Shown here piece after piece: positions 11,651-26,329 of a stretch of DNA of 64,000 nt. The translations under genes and the position numbers were made by a program. A model generated the notes under the pieces. The model searched no databases. It was not told the DNA's origin and worked only from the letters and a program-made list of their open reading frames with translations. The DNA is from Octopus sinensis (taxonomy: Eukaryota). The stretch lies in the NCBI RefSeq assembly GCF_006345805.1, contig NC_043025.1, positions 16,988,001-17,052,000 on the forward strand. The letters run 5' to 3'. Numbering within the stretch: the stretch's first letter is position 1; every line of letters begins with the position of its first letter.

Positions 11651-14600
11651 TTTCAGGTTAGAAAATGTCAAAATATTTCAAATGTGTACTTGAAAAACAA
11701 AAAAAAATTTGTGATCTGTTAGGTATATATAAGTTAACTAAGTGAAAATAAGCTTATATTTATCTAAGAGATCACAAAATTCTCAAAAGTTTTCTGGTTT
11801 GACAATAACAAAATATTTCAAATGTGTACTTGAAAAACAAAAAAAAATTTTGTGATCTCTTAGGTAAATATAAATTAACTGAGTGATAATAAGCTTATAT
11901 TTATCCAAGAGATCAAGGAATTCTCAAAAGTTTTCAGGTAAGAAAATGTCAAAATATTTCAAATGTGTACTTGAAAAACAACAAAAAATTTTCTGATCTG
12001 TTAGGGAATATAAATTAACCGAGTTATAATAATCTTATATTTATCCAAGAGATCACAAAATTCTCAAATAATTAAGGTTAGAAAATGTCAAAATATTTCA
12101 AGTGTGTACTTGAAATACAACAAAAGTTTTGTGATCTGTTAGGTAAATATAAATTAACTGAGTTATAATAAGCTTATATTTATCCAAGAGATCACTAAAT
12201 TCTCTAAAGTTTCATGTTAGAAAATGTCAAAATATTTCAAATGTGTACTTGAAAAACAACAGAAATTTTGTGATCTGTTAGGTAAATATAAATTACTGAG
12301 TGATAATATTCTTATATTTATCTAAGAGAACACTAAATTCTCACAGGTTTCAGGTTAGAAAATGTCAAAATATTTCAAATGTGTACTTGAAAAACAAAAA
12401 AAAATTTTGTGATCTTTTGGGTAAATATAAGTTAACTGAGTGATTATAAGCTTAAATTTATCCAAGAGATCACGAAATTCTCAAAAGTTTTCAGGTTAGA
12501 AAATGTCAAAATATTTCAAATGTGTACTTGAAAAACAAAAAAATTTTGTGATGTGCTAGGTAAATGTAAGTTAATTGAGTGAAAATAAGCTTATATTTAT
12601 GCAAGAGATCACTAAATTCTCAAATTTTTCAGGTTAGAAAATGTCAAAATATTTCAAATGTGTATTTGAAAAACAAAAAAAAATTTCGTGATCTGTGAGG
12701 TAAATATAAGCTATATGAGTGATAATATGCTTATATTTATCCAAGAGATAACGAAATTCTCAAAAGTTTTCTTGTTAGAAAATGTCAAAATATTTCAAAT
12801 GTGTCTTTGAAAAACAAAAAAAAATTTTGTGATCTGTTAGGTAAATATGTTAACTGAGTGATAATAAGTTTATATTTATCCAAGAGATCACTAAATTATC
12901 AAAAGTCTTCAGGCTAGAAAATGTCAAAATATTTCAAATGTGTACTTGAAAAAGAAAAGAAAAATTTCATCAAAGAGATCGCTAAATTCTCAAAGGTTTT
13001 CAGGTTAGAAAATGTCAAAATATTTCAAATGTGTACTTGAAAAAGAAAAAAAAATTTTGTGAGCTGTTAGGTAAATATAAGTTAACTGAGTGATAATAAG
13101 CTTATATTTATCTAAGAGATCACAAAATTCTCAAAAGTTTTCATGTTAGAAAATGTCAAAATATTTCAAATGTGTACTTGAAAAACTTATATTTATCCAA
13201 CAGATCACTGATTTCTCAAAAGATTTCAGGTTAGAAAATGTCAAAATATTTCAAATATGTACTTGAAAAACAAGAAAAAATTTCGTGATCTGTTAGGTAC
13301 ATATAAGTTCACCGAGTGATAATAATCACATATTTATCCAAGAGATCACTAATTTCTCAAATGTTTTCAGGTTACAAAATGTCAAAATATTTCAAATGTG
13401 TACTTGAAAAACAAAAATAAATTTTATGAGCTGTTAGGTAAATATGTTAACTGAGTGGTAATAAGTTTATATTTATCAAAGAGATCACTAACTTATCAAA
13501 AGTCTTCAGGCTAGAAAATGTCAAATTATTTCAAATATGTACTTGAAAAATAAAAAAAAAATTTTATCAAAGCGATCGTTAAATTCTAAAAAGTTTTCAG
13601 GTTAGAAAAACAAAAAAAAATTTTGTGATCTGTTAGGTAAATATAAGTTAACTGAGTGATAATAACCTAATATTTATCCAAGAGATAACTAAATTCTCAA
13701 AAGATTTCTTGTTATAAAAAGGTCAAAATATTTCAAATGTGTCCTTGAAAAACAAAAAAACATTTTCTGATCTTTTGGATAAATATAAGTTAACTGATTG
13801 ATAATACGCTTATATTTATCCAATACATCACTAAATTCTCGACAGTTTTCAGGCTAGAAAATGTCAAAATATTTCAAATGTGTGCTTGAAAGTCAAAAAA
13901 AAAATTTTATCCAAGTGATCGCTAAATTCTCAAAAGTTTTCAGGTTAGAAAATGTCAAAATATTTCAAATGTGTACTTGAAAAAGAAAAAAAAATTTTGT
14001 GAGCTGTTAGGTAAATATAAATTAACTGAGTTATAATAACCTTATATTTATCCAAGAGATTACAAAATTCTCAAAAGTTTTCAGGTTAGAAAATGTCAAA
14101 ATATTTCAAATGTGTACTTGAAAAACAAAAAAAAATTTTGTGATCTGTTAGGTAAATATAAGCTATATGAGTGATAATAAGCTGATATTTATCCAAGAGA
14201 TCACTAAATTCTGAAAAGTTTTCTGGTTAGAAAATGTCAAAATATTTCAAATGTGTCCTTGATAAACCAAAAGAAATTTTTTGATCTGTTAGATAAATAT
14301 AAGTTAACTGAGTGGTAATAAGCTTATATTTATCCAAGAGATCACTAAATTCTCAAAAGTTTTCAGGTTAGAAAATGTCAAAATATTTCAAATGTGTACT
14401 TGAAAAACAAAAAAAAATTTTTTGATCTGTTAGGTAAATATAAGCTATATGAGTGATTATAAGCTTATATTAATCCAAGAGATCACTAAATTCTCAAAAG
14501 TTTTCTGGTTTGACAATAACAAATAATTTCAAATGTGTACTTGAAAAACAAAAAAAAAATTTGTGATCTCTTAGGTAAATATAAATTAACTGAGTGATAA

Positions 14601-15039
14601 TAAGCTTCTATTTATCCAAGAGATCACGAAATTCTCAAAAGTTTCAGGTAAGAAAATGTCAAAATATTTCAAATGTGTACTTGAAAAACAAAAAAAAATT
14701 TTGTGATGTGCTAGGTAAATGTAAGTTAACTGAGTGAAAATAAGCTTATATTTATCCAAGAGATCACTAAATTCTCAAAAGTTTTCAGGTTAGAAAATGT
14801 CAAAATATTCAAATGTGTACTTGAAAAAAAACAAAAATTTTGTGATCTGTTAGGTAAATATAAATTAACCGAGTTATAATAATCTTATATTTTTTCCAAG
14901 AGATCACAAAATTCTCAAATATTTCAGGTTAGAAAATGTCAAAATATTTCCAATGTGTACTTGAAAAACAACAAAAATTTTGTGATCTGTTAGGTAAATA
15001 TAAATTACTGAGTGATAATAACCTTATATTATCTAAGAG

Positions 15040-15600
15040 ATTACTAAATTCTCAAAGGTTTCAGGTTAGAAAATGTCAAAATATTTCAAATGTGTACTTG
15101 AAAAACAACAAAACTTTGTGATCTTTACGTTAAATATAAATTACTGCGTGATAATAACATTATATTTATCTAAGAGATTACTTAATTCTCAAAGGTTTCA
15201 GGTTAGAAAATGTCAAAATATTTCAAATGTGTACTTTGAAAAGAAAAAAATATTTTGTGATCTTTTAGGTAAATATAAGTTAACTGAGTGATAATAAGCT
15301 TATATTTATCCAAGAGATCACTAAATTCTCAAAAGGTTCAGGTTCGAAAATGTCAAAATATTTCAAATGTGTACTTGAAAAACAACAAAACTTTGTGATC
15401 TTTACGTTAAATATAAATTACTGCGTGATAATAACCTTATATTTATCTAAGAGATTACTTAATTCTCAAAGGTTTCAGGTTAGAAAATGTCAAAATATTT
15501 CAAATGTGTACTTTGAAAAAAAAAAATATTTTGTTATCTTTTAGGTAAATATAAGTTAACTGAGTGATAATAAGCTTATATTTAACCAAGAGATCACTAA
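15040..15600 (-). repeat. Tandem duplication of a 2-monomer unit (277 bp)
   Basis: ATCTTTACGTTAAATATAAATTACTGCGTG at 15121 and 15398. The two ORF-track translations at 15073 and 15350 are near-identical. Confidence 0.9.
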
Positions 15601-18600
15601 ATACTCAAAAGTTTTCAGGTTAGAAAATGTCAAATTATTTCAAATGTGTACTTGAAAAACAACAAAAAATTTTGTGATCTGTTAGGTAAATATAAATTAA
15701 CCGAGTTATTATAATCTTATATTTATACAAGAGATCACTAAATTATCAAAATTTTTCAGGTTAGAAAATGTCAAAATATTTCAAATGTGTACATGAAAAA
15801 CAATAAAAATTTTGTGATCTGTTAGGTAAATATAAATTAACTGAGTTATAATAAGCTTATATTTATCCAAAAGATCACGAAATTCTCAAAAGTTTCAGGT
15901 AAGAAAATGTCAAAATATTTCAAATGTGTACTTGAAAAACAAAAAAAAATTTTGTGATGTGCTAGGTAAATGTAAGTTAACTGAGTGAAAATAAGCTTAT
16001 ATTTATCCAAGAGATCACTAAATTCTCAAAAGTTTTCAGGTTAGAAAATGTCAAAATATTTCAAATGTGTACTTGAAAAACAACAAAAATTTTGTGATCT
16101 GTTAGGTAAATATAAATTAACCGAGTTATAATAATCTTATATTTATCCAAGAGATCACAAAATTCTCAAATATTCAGGTTAGAAAATGTCAAAATATTTC
16201 AAGTTTGTACTTGAAAAACAACAAACTTTTGTGATCTGTTAGGTAAATATAAATTAACTGAGTTATAATAAGCTTATATTAATCCAAGAGATCACTAAAT
16301 TCTCAAAAGTTTTCAGTTAGAAAATGTCAAAATATTCAAATGTGTACTTGAAAAACAAAAAAAATTTTTTTGATCTGTTAGGTAAATATAAGCTATATGA
16401 GTGATAATAAGCTTATATTAATCCAAGAGATCACTAAATTCTCAAAAGTTTTCTGGTTTGACAAGAACAAAAAATTTCAAATATGTACTTGAAAAACAAA
16501 AAAAATTTTGTGATCTCTTAGGTAAATATAAATTAACTGAGTGATAATAAGCTTATATTTATCCAAGAGATGACGAAATTCGCAAAAGTTTCAGGTAAGA
16601 AAATGTCAAAATATTTCAAATGTGTACTTGAAAAACAAAAAAAAATTTTGTGATGTACTAGGTAAATGTAAGTTAACTGAGTGAAAATAATCTTATATTT
16701 ATCCAAGAGATCACTAAATTCTCAAAAGTTTTCAGGTTAGAAAATGTCAAAATATTTCAAATGTGTACATGAAAAACAACAAAAAATTTTATGATCTGTT
16801 AGGTAAATATAAATTAACCGAGTTATAATAATCTTATATTTTTCCAAGAGATCACAAAATTCTCAAATATTTCAGGTTAGAAAATGTCAAAATATTTCAA
16901 GTTTGTACTTGAAAAACAACAAAAATTTTGTGATCTGTTAGGTAAATATAAATTAACTGAGTTATAATAAGCTTGTATTTATCCAAGAGATCAGTAAATT
17001 CTCAAAAGTTTTCAGGTTAGAAAATGTCAATATATTTCAAATGTGTACTTGAAAAACAAAAAAAAAATTTGTGATGTGCTAGGTAAATGTAAGTTAACTA
17101 AGTGAAAATAAGCTTATATTTATGCAAGAGATCACTAAATTCTCAAAATTGTTTCGGGTTAGAAAATGTCAAAATATTTCAAATGTGTACTTGAAAAAGA
17201 AAAAAAAATTTTGTGATCTGTTATGTAAATATAAATTAACCGAGTTATAATAATCTTATAGTTATCCAAGAGATCACTAAGTTCTCAAAAGTTTTCAGGT
17301 TAGATAATGTCAAAATATTTCAAATGTGTACTTGAAAAACAACAAATATTTTGTGATCTGTTAGGTAAATAAAAATTAACTGAGTTATAATAAGCTTATA
17401 TTTATCCAAGAGATCACTAAATTCTCAAAAGTTTCAGGTTAGAAAATGTCAAAATATTTCAAATGTGTACTTGAAAAACAACAAAAAATTTTCTGATCTT
17501 TTAGGTAAATATAAGTTAACTGAGTGATAATAAGCTTATATTTAATCAAGAGATCACTAAATTCTCAAATGTTTTCAGGTTAGAAAATGTACTTGAAAAA
17601 GCTTATATTTATGCAAGAGATCACTAAATTCTCAAAATTTTTCAGGTTAGAAAATGTCAAAATATTTCAAATGTGTACTTGAAAAACAACAAAAATTTTG
17701 TGATCTGTTAGGTAAATATGTTAACTGAGTGATAATACGTTTATCTTTATCCAAGAGATCACTAAATTATCAAAAATCTTCAGGCTACAAAATGTCAAAA
17801 TATTTCAAATATGTACTTGAAAAAAAAAAAAAAAATTTTATCGAAGATATCGTTAAATTCTCAAAAGTTTTCAGGTTAGAAAATGTCAAAATATTTCAAA
17901 TGTCTACTTGAAAAAAAAAAAAAATTTTGTGAGCTGTTAGGTAAATGAAAATTAACTGATTTATAATAAGCTTATATTTATCCAAGAGATCACTAAATTC
18001 TCAAAAGTTTTTAGGTTAGAAAATGTCAAAAATTTCAAATATGTACTTTAAAAACAAAAAAAAAATTTCGTGATCTGTTAGTTAAATATAAGTTAACTAA
18101 GTGATAATTAACTTATATTTATCCAAGAGATCACTAAATTCTCAATTTTTTCAGATTAGAAAATGTCAAAATATTTCAAATGTGTTCTTGAAAAACAAAA
18201 AAAAATGTTGTTGTCTGTTATGTAAATATAAGTTAACTGAGTGATAATTAGCTTATATTTATCGAAGAGATCATTAAATTCTCAAAAGTTTTCAGATTAG
18301 AAAGTGTCAAAATATTTCAATATGTATTTGAAAAATAAAAAAAAATTTGATTAACTGTTAGGTAATATAAGTTAAATGAGTAGTAATAAGCTTATATTTA
18401 TCCAAGAGATCACTAAATTCTCAAAAGTTTTTAGGTTAGGAAATGTCAAAATATTTCAAATGTGTTCTTGAAAAACAACAAAAAAATTTGGTGATCTGTT
18501 AGGTAAATATAAGTTAAGTGAATAATAAGAGCTTATATTTATCCAAGAGATCACTAAATTCTCAAAAGTTTCAGGCTAGAAAATGTCAAAATAATTCAAT

Positions 18601-19959
18601 TGTGTACTTGAAAAACAACAAAAATTTTGTGATCTGTTATGTAAATATAAATTAACCGAGTGATAAGCTTATATTTGTCCAAGAGATCACTAAATTCTGA
18701 AAAGTTTTTAGGTTAGAAAATTTCAAAATATTTCATATGTGTACTTGAAAAACAACAAAAAATTTTGTGATCTGTTAAATAAATATAAATTATTGAGTGA
18801 TAATGACCTTATATTTATCCAAGAGATCACTAAATTGTCAAAGGTTTCAGGTTAGAAAATGTTAAAATATTTCAAATGTGTATTTGAAAAACAAAAAAAA
18901 TTTTGTGATCTGTTAGGTAAATATAAGTCAACTGAGTGATAATAAGCTAATATTTATCCGAGAGATCACTAAATACTCAAAAGTTTTCAGGTTAGAAAAT
19001 GTCAAAATATTTCAAATGTGTACTTGAAAAACAAAAAAAATTTTGTGATTTGCTATGTCAATATAAATTAACCGAGTGATAATAAGCTTATATTTATCCA
19101 AGAGATCACTAAATTCTAAAAGGTTTCAGGTTAGAAAATGTCAAAATATTTCAAATGTGTTCTTGAAAAACAACAAAAATTTTGTGATCTGTTAGGTAAA
19201 TATAAAATACTGAGTGATAATGAGCATATATTTATCCAAGAGATCACTAAATTCTAAAAGTTTCAGGTTAGAAAAGGTTAAAATATTTCAAATGTGTAGT
19301 TGAAAAACAAAAAAAATTTGTGTACTGTTAAGTAAAATATAAGTTAACTGCTTGATTATAACCTTATATTTATCAAAGAGATAACTAAATTCTAAAAATT
19401 TTCAGGTTAGAAAATGTCAAAATATTTCAAATGTGTACTTGAAAAACAAAGAAAAATTTTGTGATCTGTTAGGTTAATATAAGCTATATGAGTGATAAAA
19501 AGCTTATATTCATCCAAGAGGTACCTAAATTCTCAAAAGTTTCCAGGCAAGAAAATGTGAAAATATTTCAAATGTGTACTTGAAAAACAACAAAAAATTT
19601 TGTGATCTCTTGGATAAATAAAAGCTTATTAGCACTCTGTTAAATTATATTAACTTAACAGATCACAAAAGTTTTTGTTGTTTTTCAAGTATACAATTGA
19701 AATATTTTGACATTTTCTAACCTGAAAACGTTTGAAAAATTAGTGGTCTCTTGGATAAATATAAGCTTATTATAACTCAGTTAACATATATTAACCTAAA
19801 AGATCACTTAATTTATTGATTTTTTTAAAGTACACATTTGAAATATTTTGACATTTTCTAACCTGAAAACTTTTGAGAATTTAGTGATCACTTGGATAAA
19901 TATAAGCTTATTATCACTCAATTTATATTACCGAACAAATCACAAATTTTTTTTGTTTT

Positions 19960-22900
19960 TCAAGTACACATTGAAATATTTTGACATTTTCTAACCTGAA
20001 AACTTTTGAGAATTTAGTGATCTCTTGGATAAATATAAGCTTAATATCACTGAGTTAATTTATATTTACCTAACAGTTCACACACTTTTTTGTTGTTTTT
20101 CAAGTACACATTTGAAATATTTTGACATTTTCTAACCTGAAAACATTTGAGAATTTAGTGATCTCTTGGATAAATATAAGCTTATTATCACTCAGTTACC
20201 TTATGTTTACCTAACAGATCACAAATTTTTTTTTTGTATTTCAAGTAAACATTTGAAATATTTTGACATTTTCTAACCTGATAACTTTTGAGAATTTAGT
20301 AATCTCTTGGATAAAAATAAGCTTATTATCAATCATATAACTTATATATACCTACCAGATCACAAAATCTTTTTTTTTTTTTGTTTTTCAAGTAAACATA
20401 CGAAATATTTTGACATTTTCTAACCTGAAAACTTTTGAGAATTTACTGATCACTTTGATAAATATAAACCTATTCTCACTCAGTTAATATATTTTTACTG
20501 AACAGATCACAATACTTTTTGTTGTTTTTCAAATACACATTTGAAATATATTGACATTTTCTAACCTAACAATTTCTAGAATTTAGTATCTCTTGTATAA
20601 ATATACGCATATTATCACTCAGATAACTTATATTTACCTAACAGATCACAAACATTTTTGTTGTTTCTCAAGTACACATTTGAAATATTTTGACATTTTC
20701 TAACCTGAAAACTAATGAGAATTTCGTGATCACTTTGATAAATGTATGCTTATTATCACTCAGTTAATTTATATTTACCTAACAGATTTCAAAATTTTTT
20801 GTTGTGTTTTCAAGTACTTACTTGACATATTTTGACAATTTCTAACCTGAAAACTTTTGAGATTTAGTGATATTTTGGATAAATAGAAGCTTATCATCAC
20901 TGAGTTAATTTGACTTACCTAAAAGATCACAAAATTTTTTGTTGTTTTTCAAGTACACATTTGAGATTTTTTGACATTTTCTAACCTGAAAACTTTTGAA
21001 AATTTAGTGATATCGTGGATAAATATACCCATATTATCCCTCAGATACTATATTTACTAACAGATCACAAAATCTTTTGTTGTTTCTCAAGTACACAGTT
21101 GAAATGTTTTGACATTTTCTAACCTGAAGATTTTGAGAATTTACTGAACACTTGGATAAAAATAAGATTTTTATCACTCAGTTAATATATTTACCTAACA
21201 GATTTAAATTTTTTTTTTTTTTCAAGTACACATTTGAAATATTTTGACATTTTCGAACCTGAAAACTTTTCAGAATTTAGTGATCTTGGATAAATATAGG
21301 CTTATTATCACTCAGTAATTTATATTTACCTAACAGATCACAAAATTTATTATTGTTTCTCAAGTACACATTTGAAATATTTTGACATTTTCTAACCTGA
21401 AAACTTTTCAGAATTTGAGTGAACTCTTGGATAAAAATAAGTTTATTATTACTCAGTTAATTTATATTTACCCAAGAGATTTCAAAATTTTTTGTTGTTT
21501 CTCAAGTACACTTTTGAAATATTTTGACATTTTCTAACTTGAAAACTTTTGAGAATTTAGTGATCTCTTGGATAAATCTAAGCTTATTATCACTCAGTTA
21601 ATTTTAATTTACACCGAACAGGTCAAAAAATTTTTTGTTGTTTTTCAAGTACACATTTGAAATATGTTGACATATTCTCACCTGAAAACTTTTCAGACTT
21701 TAGTGATCTCTTGGATAAATATAAGCTTATTATCACTTAGTTAAATTATATTTACCGAAGACAACAAAATTTTTTGTGGTTTTTCCAGTACACATTTGAA
21801 ATATTTTGACATTTTTCTCTGAAAACTTTTGAGAACTTAGTGTTGTCTGGAAATTATACGCATATTATCACTCAGTTAACATATATTTACCTAAAAGATC
21901 ACGTGATTTTTTTTTATTTTTCAAGTACACATTTGAAATATTTTGACATTTTCTAACCTAAAAACTTTTGAGAATTTTGTGATCTGTTGGATAATATAAG
22001 CTTATAATCACTCATTTAACTTATATTTACCTAACAGATCACAAAATATTTTGTGTTTTCAAGTACACATTTGAAATATTTTGACATTTTCTAATCTGAA
22101 AACTTTTGAGAATTTAGTGATCTCTTGGATAAATATAAGCTTATTATCACTCAGTTAACTTTTATTTACCTAACTGATCACAAAATTTTTTGTTGTTTTT
22201 CAAGTACATATTTGAAATAATTTGACATTTTCTAACCTGAAAACGTTGAGAATTAGTGATGTCTTGGATAATGATACGCATATTATCACTCAGTTAACTT
22301 ATATTTACCTAACAGATCACAAAATATTTTGTTGTTTTTCAAGTACACATTTGAATATTTTGACATATTCTAACCTGAAAACTTTTGAGAATCTAGTGAT
22401 CTCTTGGATAAATATAAGCTCATTATATTACCTAACATATCACAAAATTTTTTGTTGATTTCAAGTACAAATTTGAAAATTTTGACATTTCTAACCTGAA
22501 AAATTTGAGAATTTACTGAACTCTTGGATAAAAATAAGATTTTTTCAGTCAGTTATTTATATTTACCTAACAGATTTCAAAATTTTTTTTGTTTTTCAAG
22601 TACACATTTGAAATATTTTGACATTTTCTAACCTGAAAACTTTTGAGAATTTAGTGATCTCTTGGATAAATATAAGCTTAATATCACTGAGTTAATTTAT
22701 ATTACCTAACAGTTCACACACTTTTTTGTTGTTTTTCAAGTACACATTGAAATATTTTGACATTTTCTAACCTGAAAACATTGAGAATTTAGTGATTCTT
22801 GGATAAATATAAGCTTATTATCACTCAGTTACCTTATGTTTACCTAACAGATCACAAATTTTTTTTTCTATTTCAAGTAAACATTTGAAATATTTTGACA

Positions 22901-25100
22901 TTTTCTAACCTGATAACTTTTGAGAATTTAGTAATCTCTTGGATAAAAATGAGCTTATTATCAATCATATAACTTATATATACCTACCAGATCACAAAAT
23001 TTTTTTTTTTTGTTTTTCAAGTAAACATATGAAATATTTTGACATTTTCTAACCTGAAAACTTTTGAGAATTTACTGATCACTTTGATAAATATAAACCT
23101 ATTCTCACTCAGTTAATATATTTTTACTGAACAGATCACAATACTTTTTGTTGTTTTTCAAATACACATTTGAAATATATTGACATTTTCTAACCTAACA
23201 ATTTCTAGAATTTAGTAATCTCTTGTATAAATATATGCATATTATCACTCAGAAACTTATATTTACCTAACAGATCACAAACTTTTTTGTTGTTTCTCAA
23301 GTACACATTTGAAATATTTTGACATTTTCTAACCTGAAAACTAATGAGAATTTCGTGATCACTTTGATAAATGTATGCTTATTATCACTCAGTTAATTTA
23401 TATTTACCTAACAGATTTCAAAATTTTTTGTTGTTTTTCAAGTACTTACTTGACATATTTTGACAATTTCTAACCTGAAAACTTTTGAGAATTTAGTGAT
23501 ATTTTGGATAAATAGAAGCTTATCATCACTGAGTTAATTTATACTTACCTAAAAGATCACAAAATTTTTTGTTGTTTTTCAAGTACACATTTGAGATATT
23601 TTGACATTTTCTAACCTGAAAACTTTTGAAAATTTAGTGATATCGTGGATAAATATACCCATATTATCCCTCAAATAACTTATATTTACCTAACAGATCA
23701 CAAAATCTTTTGTTGTTTCTCAAGTACACAGTTGAAATGTTTTGACATTTTCTAACCTGAAGAATTTTGAGAATTTACTGAACACTTGGATAAAAATAAG
23801 ATTTTTATCACTCAGTTAATATATTTACCTAACAGATTTAAATTTTTTTTTTTATTTTTCAAGTACACATTTGAAATATTTTGACATTTTCGAACCTGAA
23901 AACTTTTCAGAATTTAGTGATATTTTGGATAAATAGAAGCTTATCATCACTGAGTTAATTTATACTTACCTAAAAGATCACAAAATTTTTTGTTGTTTTT
24001 CAAGTACACATTTGAGATATTTTGACATTTTCTAACCTGAAAACTTTTGAAAATTTAGTGATCTAGGATAAAATTACCCATATTATCCCTCAGATAACTT
24101 ATATTACCTAACAGATCACAAAATCTTTTGTTGTTTCTCAAGTACACAGTTGAAATGTTTTGACATTTTCTAACCTGAATTTTGAGAATTTACTGAACAC
24201 TTGGATAAAAATAAGATTTTTATCACTCAGTTAATATATTTACCTAACAGATTTAAAATTTTTTTTTTATTTTTCAAGTACACATTTGAAATATTTTGAC
24301 ATTTTCTAACCTGATAACTTTTCAGAATTTAGTGATCTTGGATAAATATAGGCTTATTATCACTCAGTTAATTTATATTTACCTAACAGATCACAAAATT
24401 TATTATTGTTTCTCAAGTACACATTTGAAGTATTTTGACATTTTCTAACCTGAAAACTTTTCAGAATTTAGTGAACTCTTGGATAAAAATAAGTTTATTA
24501 TTACTCAGTTAATTTATATTTACCCAAGAGATTTCAAAATTTTTTGTTGTTTCTCAAGTACACTTTTGAAATATTTTGACATTTTCTAACTTGAAAACTT
24601 TTGAGAATTTAGTGATCTCTTGGATAAATCTAAGCTTATTATCACTCAGTTAATTTATATTTACCGAACAGGTCAAAAAATTCTTTGTTGTTTTTCAAGT
24701 ACACATTTGAAATATGTTGACATTTTCACACCTGAAAACTTTTCAGAATTTAGTGATCTCTTGGATAAATATAAGCTTATTATCACTTAGTTAAATTATA
24801 TTTACCGAAGATAACACAAAATTTTTTGTTGTTTTTCCAGTACACATTTGAAATATTTTGACATTTTCTAATCTGAAAACTTTTGAGAACTTAGTGTTGT
24901 CTTGGATAATTATACGCATATTATCACTCAGTTAACATATATTTACCTAAAAGATCACGTGATTTTTTTTTATTTTTCACGTACACATTTGAAATATTTT
25001 GACATTTTCTAACCTAAAAACTTTTGAGAATTTTGTGATCTGTTGGATAAATATAAGCTTATAATCACTCATTTAACTTATATTTTACCTAACAGATCAC
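19960..25100 (+). repeat. Higher-order repeat: ~2.63-kb (~19-monomer) unit, ~2 copies; second copy has an internal 3-monomer duplication
   Basis: CAGTTCACACACTTTTTT at ~20075 and ~22710; AATTTCTAGA at 20571 and ~23200; AAATAGAAGCTTATCATCACTGAG at 20881, 23510 and again at 23931 (+421); AAGATCACGTGATTTT at ~21895 and 24951. Confidence 0.88.
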
Positions 25101-26329
25101 AAAATATTTTGTTGTTTTCAAGTACACATTTGAAATAATTTGACATTTTCTAACCTGAAAACTTTTAGACTTTTGTGATCTCTTGGATAAATATAAGCTA
25201 TTATCACTCAGTTAACTTATATTTTACCTAACAGATCACAAAATATTTTGTTGTTTTCAAGTAAATATTTGAAATATTTTGATATTTTCTAACCTGAAAA
25301 CTTTTGAAAATTAGTGATCTCTTGGATAAATATAAGCTTATTATCACTCAGTTAATTTATAATTACCTAACAGATCACAAAAAAATTGTTGTGTTTCAAG
25401 TACACATTTGAAATATTTTAACATTTTCTAAGCTGACAAATTTTGAGAATTTAGTGATCTCTTGGATAAATATACGCATATATCACTCATCATAACTTAT
25501 ATTCCCTAACAGATCAAAACTTTTTTATTGTTTCTCAAGTACACTTTTGAAATATTTTGACATTTTCTAACTTGAAAACTTTTGAGAATTTAGTGCTCTC
25601 TTGGATAAATATACGCATATTATCACTCAGATAACTTATATTTCCCTAACAGATCACAAACTTTTTTATTGTTTCTAAATTACACTTTTGAAATATTTTG
25701 ACATTTTCTAACTTGAAAACTTTTGAAAATTTAGTGATCTCTTGGATAAATATAAGCTTATTATCACTCAGTTAATTTATATTTACCGAACAGATCACAA
25801 AATTTTTTGTTGTTTTTCAAGTACACATTTGAAATATGTTGACATTTTCTAAACTGAAAACTTTTGAGAATTTAGTGTTGTCTTGGATAATTATACGCAT
25901 ATTATCACTCAGTTAACATATATTTACCTAAAAGATCGCGTGATTTTTTGTTATTTTTCAAGTACACATTTGGAATATTTTGACATTTTCTAATCTTAAA
26001 ATTTTTGAGAATTTAGTAATCTCTTGGATAAATATAAGCTTATTATCACTCAGTTAACTTATATTTACCTAACAGATCACAAAATACTTTGTTGTATTTC
26101 AAGTACACATTTGAAATATTTTGACATTTTGTAACCTGAAAACTTTTGAGAATTTAGTGATCTCTTGGATAGAAATAAGCTTATTATCACTCAGTTAATT
26201 TATATTTACCTAACAGATCACAAAATTTTTTATGTTTTTCAAGTACACATTTGAAATAATTTGACATTTTCTAACCTGATAACTTTTGAGACTTTTGTTA
26301 TCTCTTGGATAAATATAAGCTTATTATAA

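Larger units (their letters stand above)
4816..19605 (-). repeat. Sat140 array, reverse orientation, mostly 'cagttaact/cagttaatt' subtype, interrupted by a SINE
   Basis: Reverse complement of the monomer (gtgatctgttaggtaaatataag...gagtgataataagcttatatttatccaagagatcactaaattctcaaaagttttcaggttagaaaatgtcaaaatatttcaaatgtgtacttgaaaaac) repeats at ~140-bp period. Confidence 0.97.
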
